From Narcine bancroftii (lineage: Eukaryota): a DNA stretch of 64,000 nucleotides. Location: the NCBI RefSeq assembly GCF_036971445.1, contig NC_091474.1:124000001-124064000 (forward strand), in the 5' to 3' direction. The notes under the pieces are model-generated. The model was given only the letters and a program-made list of their open reading frames with translations. It was not told where the DNA came from and did not search any database. A program made the translations under genes and the position numbers. Below, in pieces: positions 1 to 12,128 of the stretch; position 1 is the first letter of the stretch; every line of letters starts with the position of its first letter.

Positions 1-36
1 ACCAGGACTCTCTTCCTTGCTACCCACACTTCCCAT
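1..36 (-). CDS. gag: Start of endogenous retrovirus gag (partial, runs off the left edge)
   Basis: The minus strand reads ATG GGA AGT GTG GGT AGC AAG GAA GAG AGT CCT GGT = MGSVGSKEESPG, an MGxxxS myristoylation-type start. It lies downstream of the LTR, the PBS and a GGTAAG splice donor. The paralogous sequence at 13647 continues into a gag matrix-like peptide. Confidence 0.65.
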   Translation of the reverse strand, partial: MGSVGSKEESPG

Positions 37-240
37 ATTGATAGGCAAGTAAAATTCCTCTTACCGAGTTCCAGTAGCAATGCTCTAGCGTGCTTCCTTC
101 CGTCGTTTGTTCTCAATGCCTCTTCTCGGATATCACTCGCTTCTTCCACTGACCAGCCACCCGTCGTCCGTGAGTCCAGCTGAATCAGCTGGGGTGCACC
201 TACTCTCGTCGTCAGGCACCCTGTCAGTGGAGGGAGTGTG

Positions 241-258
241 ATCCCGGACGAGCCCCCA
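241..258 (-). promoter_or_regulatory. Retroviral primer-binding site, tRNA-Pro
   Basis: The reverse complement is TGGGGGCTCGTCCGGGAT, the 18-nt PBS-Pro used by MLV-type retroviruses, 2 nt after the LTR end (...TAACA). Confidence 0.9.
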
Positions 259-260
259 TT

Positions 261-1029
261 TGTTACAAACAGAATTACCTTTAAAGAAATTGCTCGAGAC
301 AAAAATTGAGAACAAAGTACATTTATTATACAACAATGCAAAATTGGGTGCTTCCCCTTACCCTGGGAATACACACATACACTGCGGCTCACCCAACTTT
401 TATACAGCTTATCTCAGTATAGGAATAACCCCCCCCCCTTACATTCTTCTGCCTCCTGCTGGAGAGGTTTGGCATTAGGCAATCCTGCCTACGTGCTGTT
501 TCTGTGCACTTGGAGGACCAGGGGGTATCCTGTCGGTGTCTTCTCATGTCATTATCCCCATTGTCCTTATTCACAACCTTGCCCTTGTCCCCATTCACAC
601 CTTTCCTACTCTCAGAGCAGTCCCTTCATATACAGAGTTCGCTAATCCTGTCTAGGGTTTACTAATTAAATATGCATAACTTGATAAATCTGTGTATGGC
701 TTACTAATTATATATGTAGAACTGGCTAATACTGTCTAAGGTTTTCTAATTATTTATGCAAGCCTTGCTAATTCTATCTGGGGCTTGGAGACCCTTATCT
801 CGTTCAGACTAACTCTACTTCTATCATCAATTGTCTGTCCTTATCTCCTTCAGTTAGTGAACTTGCTGATTCTCTAGGAGATTCTTATCTTACTCAGACA
901 GTGTCAGCTTCCTGCCTTCTAATATCCATGTCTCATGTTGTTTGTACTGGCTTCATTCATTTACTTATGTATCAATTTTATTTTCTTCATTTCTTCATAT
1001 TGCAATATCAATTTTTCTCATCTCTCACA
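261..1029 (-). mobile_element. 5' LTR of a class I (gamma/epsilon-like) endogenous retrovirus
   Basis: TG...CA ends on the minus strand and a TATA box (CTGTATAAAAG). It is followed by PBS-Pro and has a near-identical inverted copy at 12842-13615. Confidence 0.85.
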
Positions 1030-3160
1030 CAGCCAAGTCTAATGAAACAGGAACAATAATCCTTAAGGCATTGCAAACATGATCACTTTCATTACATCTC
1101 CCTTTCTTAAAACAAAAGTAGCTTACTTTTAACTAACATGTTTTTTTTTGTGTAACTCTGCAATTTTAACTTTAACACCAGGATCTTACATTTTCATTAT
1201 TATCAACATTGTTAACATTTTAAAACTTGTTTTGTGTATTCACATTTACATACATTAAAACATAGAGTGAATAAGATACCTCTGAATCGGTTAGGAGGAT
1301 TCATGTGTCTTGAAGATCTCCTGATTGATTGTTCTTGAATTCGAGTTGTTGCCTCAGACAATGTCTTCTTAGCTGTGTATTCAGGTTGTTCAATATTAAC
1401 CATCTTTCCATCGACTGTGGCTGGTCCCATTTGAAGATCTTGACGATCTCTTTGTAGAACACCACCTTCGTCTGGCTGAATGGTGCAATATTTTAGTTGG
1501 ACTTCACTAAGGACAGCTTCCTTCTGAGTCCATAAGCTTGTTTTGTCTTTTAGCCTTACTTGGTCACCAGTGTGCAGTTCTGGAAGGTTTTTTTGTTCCT
1601 CTGTCAAAGTTAATATTTTTGCTTTTCTTTACATTGTACTTTGAATTTCCTCACCTTCTTCCCCTCTTGTTTTTAGGAAGTTCTCCTGAATGGGTAGGTT
1701 TGATCTTAGCCTACATCCCACACTCGAGCGGCGTGGTGTAGTATACTAGCATGCTCTGATAGAAGTTTGTTCCACTGTCTTTTACCTTGTACATCAGTCT
1801 TTTCACTGTCTGTACTGAATTTTCCATTCAACCATTGGACTGTGGAAAATGAGGACTTGAGGTGGTGTGTACAAAATCCCACTCTTCGGCAAAATGTCGG
1901 AACTTTAAAGTACAAAACTGTGGTCCATTATCTGTTTAGACCTCACTTGCCACACCATGTCCAGATAATATGGCTTTCATACCTGTTATTACAGCATCTG
2001 CAGTGGTGATATTCAGTCGACACACCTCTGGATACAGGGAGTAATAGTTTGTGATTACAAGATAGTCCTTCCCTTGACATTTGAATAGGCCAGTGCCTAC
2101 CTTCTGGTACAGTCTGTATGGTGCTGGGTGAGGCTTTAGTGGTTTTGCAGGATTGATTGCTTTATATTTCTGGCGTATTGTATAGTTTGACACTTCATTT
2201 GTTATATCATTGTTGATTTTTGGCCAGTTCATCACCTCTTGTGCTCTTTTCTTTCACTTTTCGATTCTGAGATGTCCTCCATAGATCATTTTTAGCATCT
2301 CTTTTCTCAGACTCTTTGGGATAAGGATTTTAATTCCATTGTAGATGATGTCTTCAACCTCTGATAGTTCCATCCTGCTGTTCCAGTACACTGAAACTTT
2401 AGGTGAGCAGTCCTGCTTCATGTTGGGCCATTCATCCAAGAAGTTTTTCTTCAGTGTTTCATCTTTGTTTGTCTCTGACTTCATGAGCTCCATTTTTGGA
2501 TCTGATATGGGCATTACACTTATGATCATGTCCACGAACGCATTCACCTCTTCATCCATTTTGGTGCCTGTGGACTCTCTCGTGTTATCAGCTCTAGACA
2601 ACGTGTCTGCTTTGTACATTAGCTTACCTGGAGTGCATGCCACATTCAGTGTATTCATTCTTTGTATTTTAAGTGGACATTCATTTAATGGCTTTTGGAA
2701 CAATGCAATCAAGGGCTTATGGTCAGTCTCTACACTGATTACTTGTCCTGACACAAACTAATGAAACCTTTTACAGGCATATGTGATGCTGAGCAGCTCC
2801 TTTTCAATTTGAGCGTATCGTGTTTCCGCATCACTCCGTCATGCTTACGCAGTGGGTTTCCACTCATCATATTTTTTCGGGAGAACTGCACTGAGCCCAC
2901 TATGTGATGCATCTGATGATATCTTGATGGGTCTCGCTGGGTCGTAAAACCTCAGAACTGGTTCCTCTGTGAGCAATTTCTTTAGTTCCCTCCATGACTT
3001 TTCATGCTCATGATCCCACTCCCATTCAATGTTCTTTTCTGTTAGTCTTCTCAATGGAGCCATCTTTTCTAAGAGGTTGGATATGAATTTACCCATATAG
3101 ATGACCATTCCATTAAACCTCTGTATGCCCATTTTGCATGTGGCCTTGGCATGTTCCCAA
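1030..3160 (-). mobile_element. Gypsy LTR retrotransposon remnant (RT end, RNase H, integrase, PPT, start of 3' LTR)
   Basis: ORF fragments include SSDASHSGLSAVL, VETDHKPLIALF, GHLRIEK, WPKINNDI and VITNYYSLYPEV. A polypurine tract AAGAAAGGGAGA is followed by TGTAA at ~1096. There are many stops and frameshifts. Confidence 0.9.
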
Positions 3161-5040
3161 TGGTGGACACCAATCGAGGGTATGAATGAAAGGGTGTGCA
3201 GTCATCAGGGATTGCTCTATGTATGACGCTGCTATCAAGGCATTGAAGGCTAGGTACCTGAATTTGCAGAACGAGGTCCTAGTGAGTCACTGACTCACCC
3301 TATGTTACCAGCGGCCAGGAGAGACCATCAATGACTACCTGCTGGATCTGTGTACATTTGCCAATAAATGCAGGTATGAACCAGATACAGGCTGCATTCA
3401 TGAGGAAGAACAGATCTGGGACACTCTAGTCACAAGGGTACACTCGAGGTACATGAGGCAGCGACTGCTCAAGTTGGGAACGAAGGACCTGGCTAGCCAC
3501 GTCGAGCTGGCCAAGAACGACGACCTCAAAGCCAGTGATCTTGCTCACCCAGCTGAGCCTTTCCAAGGACTGGCTGCTCATGCTACTCCTCCCCTAACAG
3601 CTGCCGCTTCCCTTGCCAGGGAGTGCTTTTTCCTGCAGCAAGAGCCAGCATCCCCGATCTCATTGCCTCACAAAAGTCTCAGCGTGTTCCCGTTCTAGCA
3701 AGAAAGGACATTGGGTGAAGATTTTCCACATGAGGGGAAGCCTGGGGAAGTCCGCGGCCTGCACCACTCCTGGATCCGATTCCAGTCCCAAGCAATCTGC
3801 CCCAAATTCACCTGATCCTGTTTGCTGCACGACACGCCAACAGAGGATGGCGGTGAGAAAATGGGTGAAAAGGCACGGTGGCCATCTTGCCGTTACCCGA
3901 ATTCAAACTCGGTGCCCTCATTGTCAGTGGAAGAAGGAGGGCGGCCATCTTGCTGTGCCACAAGGTCGACAACATCTTGCCCACGTAGGGCAACCCAGGA
4001 TGGTGGGGACCACTCAAGTGAGGAGCATGGACTCTCCAGGTACCAGGAGACAATAGTCCTAGATCGGGTCAGACCTTGCCAGATCAGCAACTATATAGTT
4101 ACTGTAAAGGTAAATGGACATTCCACTAAAAGCCTAATCGACACGGGATCTACTTAAAGCTTCATAGACTCAAGAACTGTGCAAAAATACATATTGAAGA
4201 TGTATCCTTCTAATTACTGCATATTTCTTGATTCTCCATCGCATTCAACAACATTGTATGGTAAACCTGTCATTTGAGGGGGGTGGATTTTTGTAAATTT
4301 CACTTGTATATTCTTGATGAACTGTGTGCTCTGGTGTTTTTGTGATTGGACTTCCTGTGTCACCTTAAAAGTGTGACTATGAAGTATTCTGCTCCCCTCC
4401 CCCCCATGTAATGGTTCAGAAGGGAGGGCCCCTAAAATCAGAACCCACAAGCAGCCTCATCGCACTGAATATCGACTCCCCTCCTCTATTACCAAATCGG
4501 TCTCCAGACTGTAAGCCCTTTGCTACTAAGAGCAGGAGGTACAGCACAGCAGACCGAGAGTTTATAAAAAGCTGGATGAAGGTACCATCGAACCTAGCAC
4601 CAGCCCATGGAGAGGGCAAGTGGTAGTGGTAAAGGGGGGAAACAAGTCCAGGCTAGTAATTGACTACAGCCAAACTATTTTCAGTACATATTCCTGGAAG
4701 CATACCCCCCTCCCTTGTATTTCGGACAAAGTGAATGATATCACGCAGTATCGAGTCTGTTTGACCATCGACCTGAAAGCTACCTATCACCAGCTGCCAA
4801 TCCGTTCTGAGGACTGTCCATATATGGCATTTGAGGCTAACGGTTGTCTCTATCAATTCCTTTTGGTATTACGAATGGGTTCCTATCTTCCAGAGGCAGA
4901 CGGACAGATAATGTCAACATCTGTGACCACACCTTGGAAGACCATGATGCTAACCTCCAGAGTTTTCTCCATATAGCAAAAGCCCTGAATCTCACTTATA
5001 ACTCCAGCAAGAGCGTGTTCAGGACTAAACAGCTGGCTAC

Positions 5041-6580
5041 TTTATGTTAAACTTTATATTGTATGTAGATATGTTTTATGGAAGATAAAATGTGGCAGGT
5101 TTCTTTAGCTTAGGTCACATATAGATACAACCACTTCAAAACAAATCTTATTAAAAATGCTGGAGCTCTGTTCAAGCCAGACAGGCCAGCTCTGAGTGCC
5201 TTTGCAAAATCTTTGAAGAGTGCCTATAGGGACTTCACTAATGAATTTTTGTTTGGAAAGCAACAGGTGAAATAACTTAGAGGATTAGGTTTGGAGTCAC
5301 AGTCTGTCAAGTTCAGTAGGCTGTTCTAAGAGGGTCGTTTGGGTTTGCCAGCAGAGAGAGTGAAACAGGCTTTTCTCTGAGAGAGGGAGAGAGAGAAAAT
5401 TCAATTCTATTGTTCACCAGCAGCAGTTTGGACTGGAACAGGACAAGCTGGCAAACTTATGGAAAATCCCATTTGGAAGATGGGTTGTGACAGCGTAGTT
5501 CAGCCTGGTCAAAACCCTTGTAGTTCATGCAAGTGGAGAGGATTGGCTGCCTAATGTTTCACTTGAAATAAGCGAAGCTAAAAGGAACTCTGTGGTGACC
5601 TGAAAGAAAGAGGTTTTCATCTGGAAACCCCTGATGGGGTGTCTTGGGTAAACATTTTAGATTGGTCAGTGTTTGAGCTACCAAAAGAAAATAGACACAC
5701 ACACACACACACACCAAGAGCAGTTCAATTTATACAAGTCTTTATTACTAAATCTAAAGCTGAATTCACACTACAATATGCAAGCCCTTCCCAATTATAC
5801 TTATCAATGCCTGGACTCGTCCCAACTGCCGAAGCGAGGCAATGACTGCACACTTGTAGTAGGTTGTCAGGGAGCCAGTAGCAGCTTCTCCACCTCCCTC
5901 GACTGGGACGTTAGCTGGACTCTAGAAGTTCTTCTTCTTGCTGAGAGATTTTGTCACCTCTCGGAGACTCTCAAACTTTAGCAGTGGGACCATGGCTTAT
6001 ATTACCCAAAAGTTGTTTACTTCATAGCTTATCTCTTTGAACAAATGATTTAATTATCTTCAAGGTCTCCTGACAGTCTGTGACCAACTGCATCTCTGGG
6101 CCTCATGGTGGATAGATGTGTTTACTAATTGATATGCATCCCTGGGCCTCATAGTGCAAATTAGATTATGTCTGAACTGCATCCTGGGCCCCCATGGTGG
6201 AATTTAGGTGTGTCTACTAATTCATATGCATCCTGGGCCTCATGGTGTAAATTAGATTATGTCTGCTGATTCTAAAAACAAAGCAGGTTCTAAGCCTTGC
6301 AGAAGCAAAGGCTGCAAAAGTAAGAAACACGGTTTAAATCTTCCATTGCATGGGGCAAGTTTTTTTGGCAAGACATTGAAGTGGCTGATCTGAGATTGGA
6401 CAGTGAACCAAATAACTTTTCTGAACTTATACCTACATTACATGCACGTGTGCTTAGAATTAGAAGGGGGTTAAATAATAAGTTAAAGTATGATCCTGTT
6501 TTCATGTTTAAAGATAATTAAAAGCAACTTTTGTTTAAATAACCATTTGTCTTGGTGAATATCTATTACTGTTCATAGCA
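5041..6580 (+). mobile_element. Solo LTR inserted in the Gypsy RT (same family as 44891-45933 and 48335-49400)
   Basis: It splits the RT codons (QLA|ILGYVV) and has near-TSD CTAC/CTAT. Its 3' end matches the reverse complement of 44920-45060. Confidence 0.7.
5640..6350 (-). mobile_element. Solo LTR nested inside another solo LTR
   Basis: TG...CA ends with a perfect 5-bp TSD TGGGG, AATAAA on the minus strand, and an internal ~50-bp tandem repeat (GCATCC..GGGCCTCATGGTG) in four copies. Confidence 0.8.
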
Positions 6581-8389
6581 CTATCCTTGGCTATGTGGTG
6601 GAGAATGGTATCAATGGCCCCCAATCCCGATAGGATGCACCCGCTGTTAGAGCTTCTCATCCCCAGGACCACAAAGGCTTTGAGGAGATGCCTAAGGTTT
6701 TTCTCATATTACGGCCAGTGGATCCCTCAGTATGCTGATAAGGTTCACCCTCTCTTAAAAACCACTAATTTCCCCCACTTGGCCTGAAGCCCAAACGACT
6801 TTTAACTACCTTTGGAACCACATTGCGAATGCTGCCATGCACACGGTGAACGAGAATGTACCTTCCCTAGAGAAAAGTAATGCTTCGGATGGTGCCCTTG
6901 TTGCTACCCTCAACCAGGCAGGCAGGCTGATTGCATTCTTTTCAGGGATGTTACAAGGCCACGAGCTCCAGAACCCATCAGTGGAAAAGGAGGCTCATTG
7001 TAGAAGCCGTAAGGCACTGGAGACACTACCTGGCTGGTAGAAGATTCACGTTCCTCACTGACCAGTGCTCAGTCTCATTCATGTTCAATAATGTCAATAG
7101 GGGAAAAATCAAGAATGACAAAATTGCTTGGTGGAGGATCAAACTCTCCACCTACAAATATGACATTGCCTATTGGCCAAGAGCCCTTAATGACCTTCCA
7201 GATGCCTTATCCAGATGAAGCTGTGCCTCTGCACACACTGGCCAACTGCAGTCTATGCATTATGAACTCTGCCATCCAGGGGTTACCTGGATGGCTCATT
7301 TTGTCAAGGCGTGCAATCTGCCCTACTACAGGGAAGACGTCAGGGAAATGACCAGGCTTTTCCAGGTCTGCACGGAGTGCAAGCCGCACTTCTACCACCC
7401 TTTAAAGGTGCACCTGATGAAGTCATCCAGGCCCTTAGAACGGCTTAGCATTGATTATAAGGGACCTCTCCCCTCCACGAATGGGAACACCTTCTTCCTC
7501 TCTGTCATTGACAATTACTCCCACTCCCTGTTTGCCATACCATGCCTGGATACGAACACCTCATCAATTATGAAGGCCCTGGACTCCATTTCCCCTCTGT
7601 TCAGGTATCCCAGCTATATTCAAAGCAATCGGGGCTCATCCTTTATGAGTGTCGAGCTGCATCAGTACCTGCTGGTGAGGGGCATCTCATCCAGCTGGAC
7701 TACTAGCTACAACCCTCGGGGGAACGGGCAGGTTGAAAAGGAGAATGTTTGGAAGGCTGTCAAACTTGCCCTGAAGTCAAAAGGACTCACATTGGCAGGA
7801 TGTCCTCTTCATGGCGCTCCATTTCATCTGGTCACTACTATGTACCGCGACCAGTGCTACTCCTCACGAGCTCCTATTCACTTTCGAAAGAAGGTCGGCA
7901 TCAGGATCTACACTCCCAGTCTCGATCACTACTCCTGGTCCAGTCCTTCTAAAAAACTACGCGAGGAGAAGCAAGACTGACCCCCTGGTGGAAATGGTGA
8001 AAATGCACCACGCTAATCCCATGTACACCTACCTGGAGTGCCTGGATGGCAGGGAAGACACCATCTCCATCAGGAACCTATCACTTCCAGAACAGATCAT
8101 CCATCGCCTCAGGTGTCCCTTTTTTTCTGAAAGCATGTTCTCTGTCTTCATTCACAGACCCTAAATTCTACAGGAAGGGTTGAATGCAGTGAACTGGTAT
8201 TCACTGGTTGGGTGTTGTGCTGATGGCTGGCCCCACCTCCTGGCTCTGCCCAAATCTAACCCTGGTTTCCTGCCTAAACCCAGATCCCTTCTGAAGACTA
8301 CTGTTGAAACCTACCCTTAGTTATGCTAAGTAAAGTGTTTGTTCTCCCTTCAGTCATGAGAGCTTTTATTCAAGCCACATGGTGTTAAT

Positions 8390-8900
8390 TGGATATGATA
8401 AGGGGAGAGGTGAAAATTGATTATATCTGTGCAAAAGGAGACAGGGACAAGGGAGAGAGACAGAGCTGGGGGGAAGGTGACGGGGGAAGAAGTGAGGGGG
8501 GCGTTTAACGAAAGCTACAGAGGTCAATATTAATGAAACCTGTTTAGACAAGTGCGCCCAGTTGGAAGATGAAGTGTTGTTCCTCCAAATTGCAGGTGAT
8601 CCGTTTGAGAGTGCTTGAGACCGTGGACAGACATGTCGGCAAGAGAATGGTGCGGGGTAATTAAATGGGAGGCCACTGAGAGATACACATTTTGTTAGAC
8701 AGAGCCAAGATGATCAACAAGGCAATCTCACAGTCTATCAGTTGAAGACGCCCTGCAGATTCACAAGTGAAAGGCTCTTCATTTGAAAGGACTTTTCTGG
8801 GACCTGAATGGTGGTGAGGGAAGAGGTGTGGGAGAAAGTGCATCTCATGTGGTCACAAGGGTAGGTCCTAAGGGAATGATTGGTGAGGAGAGAAGAGTGA
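8390..8900 (-). mobile_element. Penelope-like element 3' fragment (GIY-YIG region)
   Basis: The minus-strand peptide CTFSHTSSLTTIQVP..FTCESAG resembles the TSSLTTIQGPKQSFQV..FTCES pattern of elasmobranch Penelope elements (recalled, not searched). Confidence 0.55.
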
Positions 8901-9056
8901 ATAAGATACAATACAGTAACTGATTTACAAGACAGTATCGTCACTGTGCAGTGACGGTGGTAAAAGACTGTTTCCTTGCAGGACAGAGACATTTGTAAGG
9001 GTCTATGACTATTCTAAAGGTTTTTATACTTGTTGGATAGGTCTGTGCTGCCACAG

Positions 9057-9284
9057 TGTGATAGACCAATGTATATAGTTACAGTATCTAGAGTGTAATG
9101 ACTGTGCTTACAGCGATTGGCTGAGAGCTTAGCCACACCTTCTGTCTGGGCCTTAAAGGGCTGTGTCCCTAGCCAGGTCGGATCATTCCGGACTGGTCGG
9201 CCACCTGTGAAGAGCTCCTGTCTTTTGCTAATAAAAGCCTTGGTTTGGATCAACAAGTCTTTGGTTCTTTTGATGAGCTCTACA
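9057..9284 (+). mobile_element. Short solo LTR (228 bp)
   Basis: TGTG...TACA ends with a perfect 5-bp TSD CACAG; contains ATTGG and AATAAA. Confidence 0.85.
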
Positions 9285-9609
9285 CACAGTTCAGTAAATG
9301 TTGTACATGTCTGTGTTCTTGCAATGCAGTGATTGTTTTACAACAGTATGTCCGAACAGTGTAGTAACTGTTTTAAAACTCTGGGTCTTTTTAGTAGGGT
9401 GCTTCCAAGGCACCAACACCAATCCTCCTATGGGAAGGATAATTGGCGAAGCGGCAGGCTCTGCCGGTGCACCTGAATGTGCAGCCGCTTAGGGATAGGC
9501 TGATGACGTCGCAATGATGTTGTCAGCCTGAGACGCAGTAGGACGAATTTTAAAACACTGACAGTGTGCAGGCAGAGCATTGTAGACATGCTCTCATTTT
9601 GGTATAGAT

Positions 9610-9990
9610 TGGAAGCTTTCAGTGAAATCAGTGAGCTTAAGAGGATCAGGATAAAGTTCCACACAGTGCTGGATCACAACAGGAGGAGTAGCAGCAGATG
9701 TTTGGAGTGACAGTACTTCAAGCAATGCCACAATATCTGGGGTACTAGCTGCTCAGCAACACACTTGAGCATAGTTACTGCTCTGGAGAGCCCTGATTCC
9801 CCAGTGTCCATCGCAGAGTCATCTCAGGCTGTAACCAGCAGCACTGTTGGAGGAGACGCACAGGTCGAGGAGGTACAAGTCACCGCTGATAATTCCACTG
9901 GCATGGATACGGATGTCCCGGAGAGAGACAACAGAGAATTCATTATCCGTGGAAGAGCAAGGCGGGACTGTCACCAGAGCAGACAGGTAT
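9610..9990 (+). pseudogene. Harbinger Myb/SANT-like DNA-binding ORF remnant
   Basis: The peptide LKRIRIKFHTVLDHNRRSSSRCLE*QYFKQCHNIWG followed by a Ser/Thr-rich tail resembles the trihelix C-terminal pattern of Harbinger second genes. Confidence 0.45.
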
Positions 9991-11049
9991 ATTATCATTG
10001 AGATTTTATGTATTGAAAAGCACATAATTCTAATGTTGATGCCCTTTTCCTGATATGACCCACAGTCCCCAGTCCCAAACACAAGCGTCAGAGGTTGAAA
10101 AAGGCTCAGCATCTCTCTAAGGAGTTGGAAAGTATGATGACAGCACTTGACAAGGAGGATGTATAGAGAGATCACCCCTGTGTGCAGAGATGACGCTGGA
10201 GCAGGAGAGAGCAATGCTTGCCAATCTGAGGGAAGCGGAGGATTCAGTGTGCTGGTCAGAAGAGGACAAGCAGGTTCAGGCGGAGACTGGGTTGTCATCT
10301 GCGCAGATGCAACTCAGTGTTGCAATGGACAGGCAGTCCTCCATTTTCTAGAGAATGGTCATGAGAATGGAGACTCATCAGCACTAGTACTTGCAGCCCT
10401 ACAGTTCCCCTCATCCCATGTACCAATCCCCTGCCATCAGCATGCCGCATCATTCCACACTGGCATATTATGGAAGTCGCCACATGGAGTGTAGTTAAAT
10501 GGCAGCGTCAATTAATGGTTCCCCCCCCCACCACCTCATTCCTCTCAATGCTTGATGTGTTTGTCCGATGTAACTACGAAAGGGAGTAATGTTAAAGTGC
10601 GTCATTCTTGGAATGAAACACTGATTTTTGCAATGTGCTGAACAATATATAAAGGATTAATGCACTTAGCAGTGCGATATTGTGGGGCCAGGTTGAGGTG
10701 TTACTTTTTTGCACTGGGTTTTTGTCCATTCAATAGTTTACAGCTAGTTAGTGGAATAGATTGAATTGTTATGTCAAGTTATTATCTTCCTCGAATATTT
10801 ATGAAACCAAACAAGTGCCATGGAAAACAATTTTTATTAAATTTCGAACAGGCCGAGAAGCCTCTTGCATTTCGTTTCAATCGCATTTGCTTCATGAGCT
10901 TACAACAGATAAGACGCTAGGCTGCAGGATCATGTCACAGCATTTGGTGTGGTTGTGGGTTTGGTGGGTGGGAGGGGCATACCCCAGTGACAGTGGCAAC
11001 CCCTGAGACCCCTCTCCCCTTTACAGGATGGAAATAATCACAGCACGGA

Positions 11050-12128
11050 TGGTCTAGTCTGGTGTCCATGGCCCTACTGATCATTACAATTCTGGCAAGT
11101 GGGTGCAGGGGGAACTATTTGAACAAATGTCCACTCTGGCAAAAAGTTATCCTTGTTAAGCTCACATATATTGTGTAGTACACAGCAGGTAAACACAACA
11201 TCTGGAACAAAAGCAGTAGAAATACCAAGATGCTTGGACAGGCACTGCCAGTGGCCTTTTAGACGAGCAAAGGCATGTTCCACCACTATCCTTGCAGAAC
11301 TCAGGGCTTTGTTAAATCTTCAGTGCTGTGGATCCAGTACTCGGTGTGCGTGAACCCCTTCATCAGCCATGTTCTGAGGGGGTATGCCGTGTCGCCCTTA
11401 AGATGTGCTTGGACCACAACTCCATTAACATCTTGGGACACCTGTGGTCACAAAAATGCAGATACGTAGTTAGTTCACCAATCTGGGTACACACTGATCT
11501 CCATGCTGCATGCCTGTGCATCTTGGGACCTTCCAGTGTTACTTTACACCGCTGTCCGCTGCTGTGGCCTGTGGCAACAGCCACATGTGGCAACAGCCAC
11601 ATGTCCATTGATACTAGAAGCATGACGATAAGGGGCTTTGAAGGGTGCACACTCATGTCACGTGGGAAGAGATATCCGGCTTGGTCTTCTGCCTTTCTGT
11701 ACAGGGGAGAGTTGGCAAACACTTATGTATCAAGTATGTGGTCAGGCCAACCTGCAAGCACATCTGTTAAGCTGTTACATGGAAAACAGAGAGTAATTAT
11801 GGACATGAAGATGTAAGATGACAAATGTCAATGGCTTAAACGCACCAGAATTTGTGGTCAATAACTGCATGCAGAACAACTGAGTGCCACCCTTTGCGAT
11901 TGTAGTAGGTCGCAGTGTCCACAAGGGGGGAAATAATGGGAATATGAGACCCGTCAATTGCACCAGCACACATTGGGTAGCCTCTTTGCACCAAGCCATC
12001 ATTTGTTTCCTGGAGATGTGTTCCACTTGGCAGGGAGATGAAACGCTTACCGAGGACCTTCCTCAAAGCTCCCGTCACCTGCCACACCACCATGCACACA
12101 GTGCTGACACCTTTTCCAAAGATGGTAC
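11050..12128 (-). pseudogene. Harbinger (HARBI1-like) transposase pseudogene with two introns
   Basis: Motifs GYPMCAGAIDGSHIPI, YYNRKGWHSVVLHAVIDH, DVLAGWP, GDTAYPLRTWLMK, VEHAFARLKGHW and CCVLHNICE. A GT..AG intron lies at ~11773-11845 and a second with a decayed donor at ~11444-11656. Confidence 0.85.

Larger units (their letters stand above)
3170..8379 (+). mobile_element. Degenerate Gypsy element (gag, protease, RT, RNase H, integrase, 3' LTR ~8185-8379)
   Basis: LIDTGST protease motif, RLVIDYSQT, IDLKATYHQLPI, FFSYYGQWIP, EAVRHWRHYLAGRRF and integrase LSIDYKGPLP...YNPRGNGQVE. A purine tract precedes TG at 8185. The element is interrupted at 5041-6580. Confidence 0.9.
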
